33,675 bases of DNA from an uncultured Candidatus Poseidoniales archaeon (GTDB lineage Archaea; Thermoplasmatota; Poseidoniia; Poseidoniales; Thalassarchaeaceae), in NCBI GenBank assembly GCA_964016345.1, contig CAXHFM010000003.1, positions 1 through 33,675 on the forward strand, written 5' to 3'. The notes under the pieces are model-generated. The model was given only the letters and a program-made list of their open reading frames with translations, had not been told where the DNA came from and did not search any database. Of the stretch, positions 17,060 to 28,600 are shown one piece after another. Each line of letters opens with the position of its first letter. The stretch's first letter is position 1. The translations under genes and the position numbers were made by a program.

Positions 17060-18121
17060 TCATATCTTTTGGCCTCCTTTAGCCGGTGAAAACGTAAGGT
17101 GACTGACGGCGGAACCAGTTGACTCTCTGGTAACAACTGGTTCCAAGCCAATAGCCTCTTCCCACAGAAGGCCAGCACGATAGCTAGACCTCACTAAGGG
17201 GCCGCTGGCAACGGCAGAGAAACCCATCTCCCTGGCTTCCCTGTCCCAATCAGCGAATTGAGAAGGCTCAGGGAATCTATCCACGGGCAAATGGCGCCCA
17301 CCAGGTTGGAGATACTGTCCTAGAGTGATCATATCAACTTCAGAGGATCTAATCATCTCCATTGCTTCTATCACCTCAGAGTCAGTCTCTCCAATACCCA
17401 CCATGATACTTGTCTTAGTCTTCAGATCTGGACGTAGGGCCTTGGCCTCTGAGAGAATCTCCAATGATTGTTTGAATGAGGCCCTTCTGTCTCTAACAAT
17501 CTTATCTAACCTTGGCACACACTCAACATTGTGAGCAAAAACACGAATAGGCAAGCCATTCAGCAGGAGTTTTAAGGATTCTAGGTTACCGTCAAGATCG
17601 GAACAGAGTAACTCAATTCCTACATCTGGACATCTATCGTGAACTGCCATTATGCATCTTCTATAGTGACTTGCCCCTCCATCGGATAGATCGTCTCTGT
17701 TTACAACTGTAATCACTGCATGATTTATTCCCATATTTTCAATTGCAGTTGCTAAATCTTCTGGCTCATCAGGATTCAATGGAGGCGGGATTTTCGCAGT
17801 ATTGACGGCACAGAATCTGCAACCCCTTGTACAGACATCTCCGGCAATCATGAAAGTTGCAGTACCCCTTCCCCAGCAGTCATGGATGTTAGGGCACCGA
17901 GCCTCAACGCAAACAGTGTTCAGGTCGTTTTCTTTGACGCTGGCCATGGTACTATTGTAAACGGATTGAGACTTCCCAATCGGAAGACTGGTCTTAAACC
18001 ATTTTGGAAGTCTTTTCCTCTCCCTGGATGCACTAACTTTGCCGCCCCCAGCAAGGGCTCCTGAACAAGAATTCGTAGTAGTTTTAGACGATTCTACGGT
18101 CGGTAGTCGCGTCGCCATCAT
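17060..18121 (-). CDS. lipA: Lipoyl synthase
   Basis: CVEARCPNIHDC (CX4CX5C), CTRGCRFC radical-SAM motif, GQYLQP, PLVRSSY. Confidence 0.97.
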   Translation of the reverse strand: MMATRLPTVESSKTTTNSCSGALAGGGKVSASRERKRLPKWFKTSLPIGKSQSVYNSTMASVKENDLNTVCVEARCPNIHDCWGRGTATFMIAGDVCTRGCRFCAVNTAKIPPPLNPDEPEDLATAIENMGINHAVITVVNRDDLSDGGASHYRRCIMAVHDRCPDVGIELLCSDLDGNLESLKLLLNGLPIRVFAHNVECVPRLDKIVRDRRASFKQSLEILSEAKALRPDLKTKTSIMVGIGETDSEVIEAMEMIRSSEVDMITLGQYLQPGGRHLPVDRFPEPSQFADWDREAREMGFSAVASGPLVRSSYRAGLLWEEAIGLEPVVTRESTGSAVSHLTFSPAKGGQKI

Positions 18122-18158
18122 ATGTACCGGATAGAGGTACGGAGTTAATCGTTCTCAT

Positions 18159-18175
18159 CGACCCCTTTGGGGTCG
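18159..18175. promoter_or_regulatory. Perfect palindrome CGACCCC-TTT-GGGGTCG between divergent promoters (candidate operator)
   Basis: 7-bp inverted repeat between TATA-like boxes at 18144-18149 (-) and 18189-18194 (+). Confidence 0.4.
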
Positions 18176-18217
18176 TCCAATACAACCCGTAATAGGAGTG
18201 AAACTCTTCCGGGGACT

Positions 18218-18979
18218 ATGGACGCGGCTGTCATACTTGTCACAGGAGGAGCAGTAAGGATTGGAAGAGAGATATGTCTGCACCTCTCTAATTGTGGATA
18301 CACTGTTGCTATACACTACAATTCTTCGGAAGATGAGGCGTCCGATTTAGTAGATATTATCAATTCCAGAGGTGGCAGGTCCGCTTGCTTTTCTGGCAAC
18401 TTATTGGATCAATTCATGCCGGCCAGATTATTTGAAGAAATAAAACAAGAACTGGGCCCTGTATCTGGAGTTGTCAATAATGCTTCACTGTTCAACTTTG
18501 ATGACATATCCAATGTTTCATTAGAATCTTGGAATCGTCACATGCATGTCAACGCCCTATCGCCCACTCTACTTATCTCAGAGCTAAGCCGAAATCTTCC
18601 TGAAGGCAAGGTCGGTTCGGTGGTCAACATTCTGGACCAGAAGATTTCCCAGCCAAACCCAGATTATTTGTCTTACACTGCCTCACGTTTTGCCATGGCT
18701 GGGTTGACCGAAACACTCGCTAGAGGATTGGCCCCCTCAATCAGGGTAAATGCAGTGGCTCCCGGCCATACTCTACCAAGTCCGGAACAAACAATCGAGG
18801 GCTTTGAGAAGGCACAATCCCAGTCCCCGTTGCAATCTGGTCCCACGGCAACTGACATTGCGGAGGCCGTGGTCTACCTTTTATCGGCCAAGTCAGTAAC
18901 TGGTCAGATAATTTATGCAGATTCTGGTGAACGATTCCTATCTAGAAGTAGAGACGTCGTCTTCGAGACGGAGGAATGA
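18218..18979 (+). CDS. Pteridine reductase / FolM-like SDR
   Basis: TGGAVRIG (TGxxxRIG), HYNSS, NNAS, VNAVAPG. Directly upstream of folB. ATG 18218 lies 23 nt after GTAATA. Confidence 0.85.
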   Translation: MDAAVILVTGGAVRIGREICLHLSNCGYTVAIHYNSSEDEASDLVDIINSRGGRSACFSGNLLDQFMPARLFEEIKQELGPVSGVVNNASLFNFDDISNVSLESWNRHMHVNALSPTLLISELSRNLPEGKVGSVVNILDQKISQPNPDYLSYTASRFAMAGLTETLARGLAPSIRVNAVAPGHTLPSPEQTIEGFEKAQSQSPLQSGPTATDIAEAVVYLLSAKSVTGQIIYADSGERFLSRSRDVVFETEE

Positions 18980-18980
18980 A

Positions 18981-19385
18981 ATGGACCAGCATTCTGACGG
19001 AACGAGTCGTTCTACTATTGAGCAAGTGTCAGGAAAGACAGTGATTTTCCTAAGGGAACTACTAAGAGAAGTCGAAATCGGAATTCATGCACATGAGATG
19101 GGCAACCCACAAAGGTTACGTTTTGATATCGAGGTAGTGATACTCGGATCAGAACCTCCCAAATCCGATAGAATTGGCGATGTGGTGAATTATGAGTATT
19201 TATTAGAATCAATTGAGGATTCGATCGATGGAACAAGACTGTCACTACTCGAGTCCTTATGCTCAAGAATATTGGACAAGCTAATGATCCCGGTACAGGT
19301 TACTGAGGCCTCTGTAAAAATCACCAAGATGGATATTCTTGAAGGCGATGCGAAATTCGGCTGTCAGATGTCCAGGAAAAGATGA
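18981..19385 (+). CDS. folB: Dihydroneopterin aldolase
   Basis: IGIHAHE...PQRLRFD, VVNYE, LLESL, VKITK. GGAGG SD before ATG 18981. Confidence 0.88.
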   Translation: MDQHSDGTSRSTIEQVSGKTVIFLRELLREVEIGIHAHEMGNPQRLRFDIEVVILGSEPPKSDRIGDVVNYEYLLESIEDSIDGTRLSLLESLCSRILDKLMIPVQVTEASVKITKMDILEGDAKFGCQMSRKR

Positions 19386-19471
19386 TGGTGCAGAGGGCAG
19401 GATTTGAACCTGCGAAGCACTACGCACCGGAGCTTAAGTCCGGCCCCTTTGACCAGCTCGGGTACCTCTGC
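19386..19471 (-). tRNA. tRNA-Leu(TAA), CCA encoded
   Basis: GCAGAGG/CCTCTGC acceptor stem plus A-CCA, CCGGA-CTTAAGC-TCCGG anticodon arm, long variable arm, GCAGG-TTCAAAT-CCTGC T arm. TTCAAG box 25 nt upstream. Confidence 0.96.
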
Positions 19472-19611
19472 AGGTTGCTAGGAAGGGGTCATACTCCTTG
19501 AATCGAGCGCTTCAAAGTCTCAGAATGAGGCATATTGCCGACCCCCATAATTGACGTAAAGTGGTACAAGGCGCACGAACGCTTTAACGCCACTTGTATG
19601 GGCGGTTAATC

Positions 19612-22557
19612 GTGCAAGGGAGGAGTACAGCGAACTACGTTCGTAATAGCAGGGCTATGGCACTGGCTCTTTGCCTGGTCCTTATTGTTCCATATGGGGC
19701 TTCTACAGTTTCTGATAATGAGCTAAATGAAATCACTGATTTCAGCGCTTCGAGCGATGTTCAAATGAATCTTTACACGATGTACATCGCATCTCAGAAT
19801 TCGTCTGCAGGAGGAGATGGATACATCACCACGCAAGTTCCTGAGTCTGGGGGGCAGGAGTCAATGAGTGCATTGAGCAGTAGCATTGAATTCAAGACTA
19901 GTCCGATGCTCTCCAGTCTTGAGATAGCAGGTAGGCCTAACCACGGTTCGGGTTCTGGCTCATATTATCTTCCAATTGGGATATTTCTGAGGTCTACTGG
20001 CCCTGATACTGCTACTGTTGACTGGACCCTAACTCTGAAGGCGTCTGGATCTCAGGTTGGATCGGCATCTTGGTCATCAGAAGCTTGCAATCCAGGATTA
20101 ACTCAAAGCTGTAGCTTCGATCATGAGACATTTGAGATTGATATTGGAAGCGATGAGACATTCACAATAGACAAGGATGAACGTATGGAGCTAATAATCG
20201 ATGCCGACATGTCCGGTTGTGATAGTGGAGGTGGAAGTCCATGGGGCGGTTCATCAAGCTGTGAGGCAGAAGTGGCATGGAACGAAATTGATGGCGATGA
20301 GAGATTCAGCACTCTGGAAATTGAGGCCAATGCGATTGCTAACAGCTTGGTTCTGCTACAAAGAGAGGGGGCGGAGTTGGCTGAAGGTGCTGAGCTTGAT
20401 TGGTATCCTAACGACATCCTGTCAGAGAGAGTTATGCAATTCTCATTCGATGTCAAAAGTAGCTTCGGGAGATATGACGTTGATTCGGTGAGGTTGTTGA
20501 TGAGAGACCCCAATGGAGTTTACAGAATCGATCATGTTATTGATGAGGATGATGAGGATATTGAAGACACCAGCCAAGGCATTTTTGGAGAGTATCTCTG
20601 GTCATACCCAAGTGGAATCCCTTCAGGCGAATACTCTGTAGAGCTCGAAGTATCTGACATACAGGGAAACAGCGTAATTGTCGAGCATGAACCTGTAAAC
20701 ATGGAACAGTGGGGGGTTGCACTAAATCACCGGCAAGATAGGTCAACCGAATACATAGCCCCCGAACAAGCAACTCCTATCTCTCTTCAGATGGTACACA
20801 GGGGAGACTCAACTAAGTCAATGGATGTAGAGCTAGAAGTATTGACAAATTTCCCTAGTTCTTGGCTCATAGAATTCGACTCCCCCGGAGGTTACACTCT
20901 AAACTCTGGAGGAGACATACTCAACCCAATTCTTAGCTTAACAGCTCCTGAAGACCTAACTGGCGCCCCAAGCTCGATTGATATCAGGGCCGTAGCTGAG
21001 GCTGAGGTAGATGGGGTTTTGCAGGTAGTGCATCAAGATACATTACAATTAGACCTGAAGAAGATGGATGTTTTCCAGCCCCCCCAAGTTTCAATTTGGT
21101 CAGAAGACCATGATGTCGCAGTGGCCAATTCTTCAAGACCAGACGACTTCGAAGCTTCTGCAAACAGCTATATCGACTATGATCAGTTCACTCCCTTCCT
21201 GATGGAGATTTTCAATACAGGCTTTGATGCTGATGAGTTCAAGATTGACGTACTTCAAAGGGCCAAGGCCATTATTCAGGTATATGATAATGACACCGGG
21301 GAGAGAATTTTAGAAGATGATGGAGACGGGACCTTCCACACAGCTCTCCTTGACAGGCATGAGACACAAACTCTCAGGATCTTGGTAAAACCTTCATCTG
21401 ATAGACTGGATCCTGATATAGGCATTGTCGAATTAGAAGTTGTGAGTACCGGGCAGAGTAACCTTTCATCTACAATCGATTTCACAATTCAGAGAACATT
21501 TGGAATCAGAGCAGAGGTTTCCTATGACTGTGATGGCTCCCCACTTGGGCACATTACAGTATCTCTGTGTTCTCCCGGTTCTGGAAATGCTGAAGTCTCT
21601 CTGAGGGCTAAAATTACGAACACAATGACATCAGGAGAATCGGCTACATGGTGGAGAATTCAGAATCCTGCTTCACTAGAGGAAAATAAAGATAGAAATG
21701 CGGCCTATGGGCAGTGGCAGTTCAGAATAGAGGATAACTCAGGGAATGCTGTTCCAAGGGTTTCTCTGGCACCTGGTGACGAGACCGAGGTGTTTGTGAC
21801 CATCACCCTTACTAGCCAGGTTGAGTTTGGAAATCACACAGTATACCTCAGGGTCATTGAGGACACCCCAGATGAAGACCCAAGATATTTCGATCTCCCT
21901 ATGGTCTTCGAAATAGACTCCGATGAGCCAACACTGGAAATTGTACAGGTTTCACCTAATAGACTATTATCCCCGGGAGATACAGTAGAGATTCAGATGA
22001 AAGTCAAGAATCTAGGTAACAGTCCACTTACAATTCTTCTTGAAGCCGAATCTGACTCCTCTTCATGGAGCGTTGAGATTGATGGCCCCTCGGGATCAGT
22101 GCTGGTTGTTCTGGAGGCCTTTGATGAGGTTACATTCATTCTAGAGGTCTCCGTTCCTGAGTCTTCCAATAATGGGGATTCTTCCGATATAATGGTCAGT
22201 GCAACACCGTTTGATACGGAACAAAGCTGGCCTGACGATTCCACTGCAAAGGCGACGGTTGTAATGACTATTGGCATTGACTCATTGATAGAACGTTTCG
22301 TGAATGAATTCACTCATCCAAGACTGTCGACATATGTGGTTGGAATCATCGCAATTATGCTTCTAATCGCCGGCACTCAATCAGCATTGAATCGTAGAAG
22401 ATGGAAGTCTCACATGGCCTATCTGGATGCTATGTCAGATGACTCGGAAGAGGACATCGAAGATGTTGATGACATACCCGAACCGGTGGTTTCTCTGGAA
22501 GATGAGGATGAAGATGAGGAAGATGTTTACAACGATGACGACATTGAACTAGTCTAA
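19612..22557 (+). CDS. Large secreted, C-terminally membrane-anchored acidic beta-sandwich repeat protein (COG1470/NEW3-like repeats, cell-surface)
   Basis: Signal-like MALALCLVLIVPYGAS, repeats of the type VKNLGN...W.V...L...F.V.VP, TM helix and D/E tail. GTG 19612 lies 23 nt after TTTAAC. Confidence 0.85.
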   Translation: MQGRSTANYVRNSRAMALALCLVLIVPYGASTVSDNELNEITDFSASSDVQMNLYTMYIASQNSSAGGDGYITTQVPESGGQESMSALSSSIEFKTSPMLSSLEIAGRPNHGSGSGSYYLPIGIFLRSTGPDTATVDWTLTLKASGSQVGSASWSSEACNPGLTQSCSFDHETFEIDIGSDETFTIDKDERMELIIDADMSGCDSGGGSPWGGSSSCEAEVAWNEIDGDERFSTLEIEANAIANSLVLLQREGAELAEGAELDWYPNDILSERVMQFSFDVKSSFGRYDVDSVRLLMRDPNGVYRIDHVIDEDDEDIEDTSQGIFGEYLWSYPSGIPSGEYSVELEVSDIQGNSVIVEHEPVNMEQWGVALNHRQDRSTEYIAPEQATPISLQMVHRGDSTKSMDVELEVLTNFPSSWLIEFDSPGGYTLNSGGDILNPILSLTAPEDLTGAPSSIDIRAVAEAEVDGVLQVVHQDTLQLDLKKMDVFQPPQVSIWSEDHDVAVANSSRPDDFEASANSYIDYDQFTPFLMEIFNTGFDADEFKIDVLQRAKAIIQVYDNDTGERILEDDGDGTFHTALLDRHETQTLRILVKPSSDRLDPDIGIVELEVVSTGQSNLSSTIDFTIQRTFGIRAEVSYDCDGSPLGHITVSLCSPGSGNAEVSLRAKITNTMTSGESATWWRIQNPASLEENKDRNAAYGQWQFRIEDNSGNAVPRVSLAPGDETEVFVTITLTSQVEFGNHTVYLRVIEDTPDEDPRYFDLPMVFEIDSDEPTLEIVQVSPNRLLSPGDTVEIQMKVKNLGNSPLTILLEAESDSSSWSVEIDGPSGSVLVVLEAFDEVTFILEVSVPESSNNGDSSDIMVSATPFDTEQSWPDDSTAKATVVMTIGIDSLIERFVNEFTHPRLSTYVVGIIAIMLLIAGTQSALNRRRWKSHMAYLDAMSDDSEEDIEDVDDIPEPVVSLEDEDEDEEDVYNDDDIELV

Positions 22558-22635
22558 TAGTTTGAGGCAACGTCCGAACGACGCTCCATTCCTCTTAAGA
22601 GCCCTACTTTCCGCCCTAGGTAAGAGGTGAGTAGC

Positions 22636-25600
22636 GTGGGCTCTATTGTGAATCTTGCAAAAGATGCGGTGTCAGCCAGAAAACATCGCTCAGCAATTAC
22701 GTTCTCGCTCTTATTGCTACTTTCTTCTTACTCAGCTTTGGAGTTCAGTGCTTGGGAGGCTCTGGCATCCTCTGATCAGGATGGAGATGGACTCTCGTAT
22801 GGTCTCGAATTCTACATCAATACACAACCACAAGACTGGGACTCAGATAATGACGGACTTCCAGACGGTTGGGAGTGGCAATATGGACTAAATCCTCTAT
22901 CACAAAACGGGGATAACGGATCTACTGGAGATCCAGATGGAGATGCATTCACCAATCTAAATGAGTATCAGTACTCTATCCCATCTGGGTGGGATTTGCC
23001 ATCTACCCCAAATGTCCTGGATAATGGGGTATGGTGGAATGGTACCGTCCCAGTCAGAGATTGGGATGAGGAAAGTGCAATGCAACTTATTCAGGGTCTA
23101 AATTCTGATGGTGCGGATGAAGACCCCAGAGGAAATATTTGCTTCAACACCTTTGATGACGATAAAGACGGAATGGTGGATAACTTCGATGGTGATGGCG
23201 ATGGTGATGCTGACTGCTCTAGTAATGATGATGATGGCGATGGTATCGCTGACGAGGATCCTGACGGATGGGATACTGATGGAGATGGGATGCCAGACGG
23301 ATGGGAAGCCGCTAATGGGTTAGATCCAACATCTAACAGTAATATGGATGGTACATTCGGAGATCCAGACGGCGATGGACTAATCAATTTGAAAGAATAT
23401 GTCAATCCGGCATGGGGGACTAGAAATGGCTCTACGACTCCTCCTACCCAGTATTTCAGACCCGGTCCACTAGCTATGACTGCTACTGAATCGCCCTGTA
23501 ATCCGGTATTATCACTAGGGCCGGGGGGATGTCAATTTCTAACTGCCGAGGTAGATGGTATTACCTCCACCGACCCGCAGTCAAACGATACAGATGGAGA
23601 CGGACTTAATGACTCGTATGAGGCACTAATTCTCTTAACAGATCCTACCTCTGTAGATACCGACTCTGATGGCATAGAAGATGGAGTCGAGGTTAATGGC
23701 CAGTATGGGGACCCCCCGCAAGCTAGTGATCCCAGAAATAACAACACAGACGGGGATCAATTCGATGATGGAGAGGAGGACCTGAATGGTAATGGCATTA
23801 TGGACATGAACGAAACTGATCCAACTAGGATAGAGGATGCAGGGGACTTTGATGGGGATGGTATTCAGAATTGGGAGGAGAATATGACATGCACACTTTG
23901 GAACGTCTTCGATACAGATGGCGGAGGGGTATCTGACGGTGACGAGATTCTACCTTTCCACAATTCTGATCCCTGCTTATCAGAACAGGAACTTACTCTC
24001 CAAATAGTTGGCTGGGATGCAGTCACATCCTCTCTAACCCTCAACTCGACTTCTGAATTAGACCAATCGCCCCTTGATTGGAGACAGACAGATTCTCCAA
24101 TGGCGTATTATGTTCAATCCAATGGGACGTTAGTAGAGTTCAGATATGAAAGTATAGATTCAGATGTACTAAGAAGCGTTAATGTAGATCTTCCAGCTAA
24201 CACCTCTACTGTCCTCTTTACAAATTTCTCGTGGTGTTGGAATGCCACCATAGGGGCAGTTAATGATCCAATTTGTGATGATGACTACTCCGATTCAGAT
24301 GGCGATGGTCTTGCCGACTGGGAAGAGTACCTGTCCACATGGGGATTTCCCACCAACCCAAATCTTATGGATACTGATTCCGATGGAGTAGACGATTTAG
24401 ATGAAATCCTGAATGGTACTGACCCCCTGAATCCATGTGAAAATTTACTTGACTCAGATGGGGACGGATTGAATAACTACTTCGAAAATACAACAGGCTG
24501 CGTAGTTGTTTTTCCTGGGATGGGGGGCAACTTCACTAACGATACTTACTTCACCCTCTGGAATTTGTCAGATACCGATAATGGAGGAGTGACAGATTTC
24601 CAAGAGTATATCGATGGTACTAATCCTCAAGATAATCCCAATGATGATAGAAATCCGGTCGACACTGATGGAGATGGAATCCCAGATACAATCGAAAACT
24701 CTACTGGAACTGATTGGAGAGATCCTGATACTGACGGAGGGGGTATCCCAGACGGACAGGAATGTACCTCTGACTACTGGGATGGCCAGTGCGAAGACTC
24801 TCCAAACAATCCTTGGGACCCATCAGATGATATTTCTCCTAATTCCATATACCTGTATGCTACAAATCAATCATCCATCTTAAACCCCGATAATACAATT
24901 TACTGGAGATGGCATACCTACGATCAATACACAGGAGTATCTTGGGGCGTGAATACCTCCCTTGCGGGAAATACTGAAATGGAACCCGGATTTTCTACCA
25001 CACAAGGAGTCTCAGACCAACAATTCTGGGACAATTCAACCCTTATGGGCTGGGAGATTGGTTATCGAGGACCGGGAGTGGCTGACATCGGAGAGGAGCT
25101 GATCCTTCCCCACAATACAGTAAATTTCACCGGCTGGACAGACCCAACTGCTGGGCTTAATTTTTCTAACTTCACAAGGGACGTAATTGTGGACGGTTCT
25201 TCGATTGATACGATGTTTATCACTACTCCACAAGTAAACATCACTCAGGCAATTAGAGACAACTCTACTGTGTTCACGGGATCAGACTATGCCACCGATC
25301 TTCCTCGATTCTTTACGGCAAGGGGCAATATGAATGAATTCGTCTCCGAAATAACACAAACGATAATTAACGAATCTGGAGCATTATCAGCTTGGGATAA
25401 AGTATCAGCCATAGGCGACTTCATCTCAGATGGCAATGACACGATTTCATTCCTGAGAAACAACAATGGAACCAATGTTCCATCTGGCCTAGAGGAAGAG
25501 TCGGACATGGCATATTGGATTCTAAACAATTCATTTGAGGGAAGCTGTGACCAATTCACTTCGCTATTTGCCGTAATGCTAAGAACTGCTGATATCCCTG

Positions 25601-28600
25601 TTCGGAAGGTAACTGGATTCTCTGGAGGCTATTGGAATGGTGAAGCTTTCGAGGTCTATGGCAAAGACTTCTCCTCATGGGTAGAGGTTCACTTACAAAC
25701 CAATCAAAATCTTGGAAATGCAGATTTGGGGTGGATTCCATTTGAGGCCTGCCCTGCGATGTCACTCGTCGAAGTAACAAACGAGTCCTGGGGCCCACTA
25801 TGGTTGGACAGAGACCTATCTGGTGAGTCGATATGGATGAACGGCACTCTTAGGTTCACAGATAATCAGACATCTGTTGCAGGAGTCGGCGTTGAGATTT
25901 ATCTCGTCGAGTCAAATATGACTGACCAAATACCAGGTTTGGCGGCAGTCTCCCAGCATCTAGTAGGAACGGCCGTAACTGACTCCAATGGCTCATTCAA
26001 TATCACGGGAATGCCATCTGAAGCAGTTAATCCAGGTAATTCCTCATTGGTTATTATGACCAAGACACTCGATTATGTAGGCTCGCAAGGTATTTTCTCA
26101 GGATGGAACGTAAACGTTACCGATGATATCACACTGACTGTAAGTGAGCCTCAACCACTTACAGAACCAAAAATAGGAATAGGTGTTAATACCACTGTCA
26201 CTGGTTCGGTTTCCCTCGAAAATACCCCTTACAATGATATTTCACTGATTGATAGTATGCAGATACTGATGAATTATACCACTTCCCAGGATGGCCCAGT
26301 AAGTCTGATATCCAGTATCGGGCCAGGGGGATATTTCGAGTTCTCAGTATCCATCGATGAAAGCGAGCAAGAGGGACTAATTCCCGCCACATTTGATTAC
26401 ACTGGTTGGCATCGGGACGATCTTAACAATGCGTCAGGCCCAGTTTTCCACATCAGACCATACTCAGAAACAATCAATCTGAATCTCACACAGGCTCCAA
26501 ATCTAACCATTTCATTGGAAGGCCAGGGATTGAATAACACTCTACTGGAAATCAATAATAGAATTTACCTCAATGGTACCGCCCTTAGTAAATCTGAGAC
26601 CCCGGAGTCCCTGAATGGAACCTTGACGTTACAGATGAGGAGATCTGGTACTAATGCTCCTTTCCAAACCCTCAATTCATGGTATCTAAATGACAGTGAC
26701 TGGCTGTCTAATCCCGGGCAATTCGCCTTGAATTGGACTTTCCTTGATTCTGATGTCCCTATTCCCGCAGGGCTCGTCGAAATAAGGTATCAATACATGG
26801 CGGATCAGCTTTTCGCAAAGGATGAAACTACAGTAGTTGACCAACATGGCATAAAGAGCTATATCGTTTTCAATTATACGATGATCCCAGCTCCTAAAGG
26901 CTCTACATCCGATATCCTAGTCTCCCTGTCAGACCACACTGGAACAGAAATCACTACATTTCCAGGATTCTTCTCCTTATCTGTTAATGACACTGAAGTT
27001 TGGAATATCTCCGATCCAGATGTCCCCAAAATAACACCTTCTTGGACTCCATCGCCCCTAACTCCTGCAGGCGACTATCCTTGGACACTGAGCTACAACG
27101 GTTCTACTTGGATAAGTCCTAACCAAACAACTGACAATGTAAGGATTCAAGGCAGGTCTTCCCCAATTTTCAATCTTGGTTTGGAGTGGGTCCCAATGGG
27201 CAACACTACTTGGGTCTCAGGATCAGTGATCGATTCCGATCTGAATTCCACTGTTACAGGCAACAACACTTCTGTCTCCCTCTTCTTAGATGTGCCATCA
27301 AGCCTACCTGCCGGACCAGATGGCAACCCCCTTCCTCCAGATCGGTACACATTGGGTTCAGAGTGGTTAGATACTGCCACCGGAGAATACAATATATCGT
27401 TCTCAATGCCCAGTGGGATTGGCTCTGGAGTCTATAAGGCAATTCTGATCTTGGACTTCGAAAAGAACTCACCTAACGGAATACCCTACTTCTATGATCC
27501 CGCTACAGAGAATTCTTTTGACATAGGGATTCAGACAATGTTCGATGTTCAATCTACCAATACTAGTGCTATAGTGGTTGCAGGAGAAAATCTGACCGCT
27601 TCAGCGACAGTTAGAGATATCGAGAGTAACGAGAGGCTATCTAACGCCACTGTGGAAATATACTTTGATTGGGGAGGCCCACTTCAGCAATTAATGAACA
27701 CATCTGTAACTGGAAATGATGGTGTTGTTGAATTCCAATCTACGATACCCAGCAATGCCGCTCCTGGCTACTATGATGTACTCATCTCAGCTCCAGATGA
27801 CCTAACCGACTCCCTTGTAACTCAAGATGCAGGCAGATGGCTATCAAACGAGAGCTACATGAACCTGACAGTTCAGGTTGTCAGCAACGTCCGGATAGAT
27901 AACTCTCCCCTCCCAGAAGTAACTGCAGGACAGTCATTCCTAGTAACAGGTAAAGTAATGGATTCCTTCGACATTAATAGGACAGTAAATGGGCCGGTCT
28001 CAATAGAGATATTCTTCCTAAATGACCCTAGTGAGAAGTTAGTAACCGGTTTCGCAACTTCTTCAAATGGGTCATTCTCCATTTCTGTACCGACGGATCC
28101 ATTAGGAGATGGAATTTCAAATGGGCTCAAGACTGTTGTAGTTAGTGTCGAAAATGGCAGTAGTCCATTCTACCTGACAGGTACAGGATCAGACTCGATA
28201 TTGATAAGAGGGGTCGTCCAATTCATAGATCGGGTTCCACTGATAAATACAATAGTGGACCGGGGATCCTCAGTTTCTTTCGGCGCTAGGCTTGCAGAGT
28301 CATCCAACAATGATAGAGAAATTTCAGGCATGAACGTATCTGCCAGATTCCATGACACTTGGATGACAACAGAGATTTCCTCTAATTCTGGCGGTTTTGT
28401 AAATTTCTCATTCGACGTCCCACACTCTCATCCTTTGGGGACGATCTCAGTCATGCTCATGTTCAATGGATCAAATGGAACTGAGACTCTACACTCATCA
28501 TTCACGTACATAAATACCATAATTGTTAGATCTCCAACATCTATATCGTTCAGTCCCATTACCGCTAACCCGACTGCAGGTAATTTCTTGGACGTATCTG

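Noticed and set aside
19386-19471. tRNA-Leu as an integration site for a genomic island
   Set aside because: No duplicated tRNA 3' end, integrase or evident compositional shift seen by eye.
22774-24831. CRISPR-like or tandem DNA repeats (gatggagatgga motifs)
   Set aside because: They are degenerate codons of in-frame DxDGDG repeats, with no constant repeat-spacer period.
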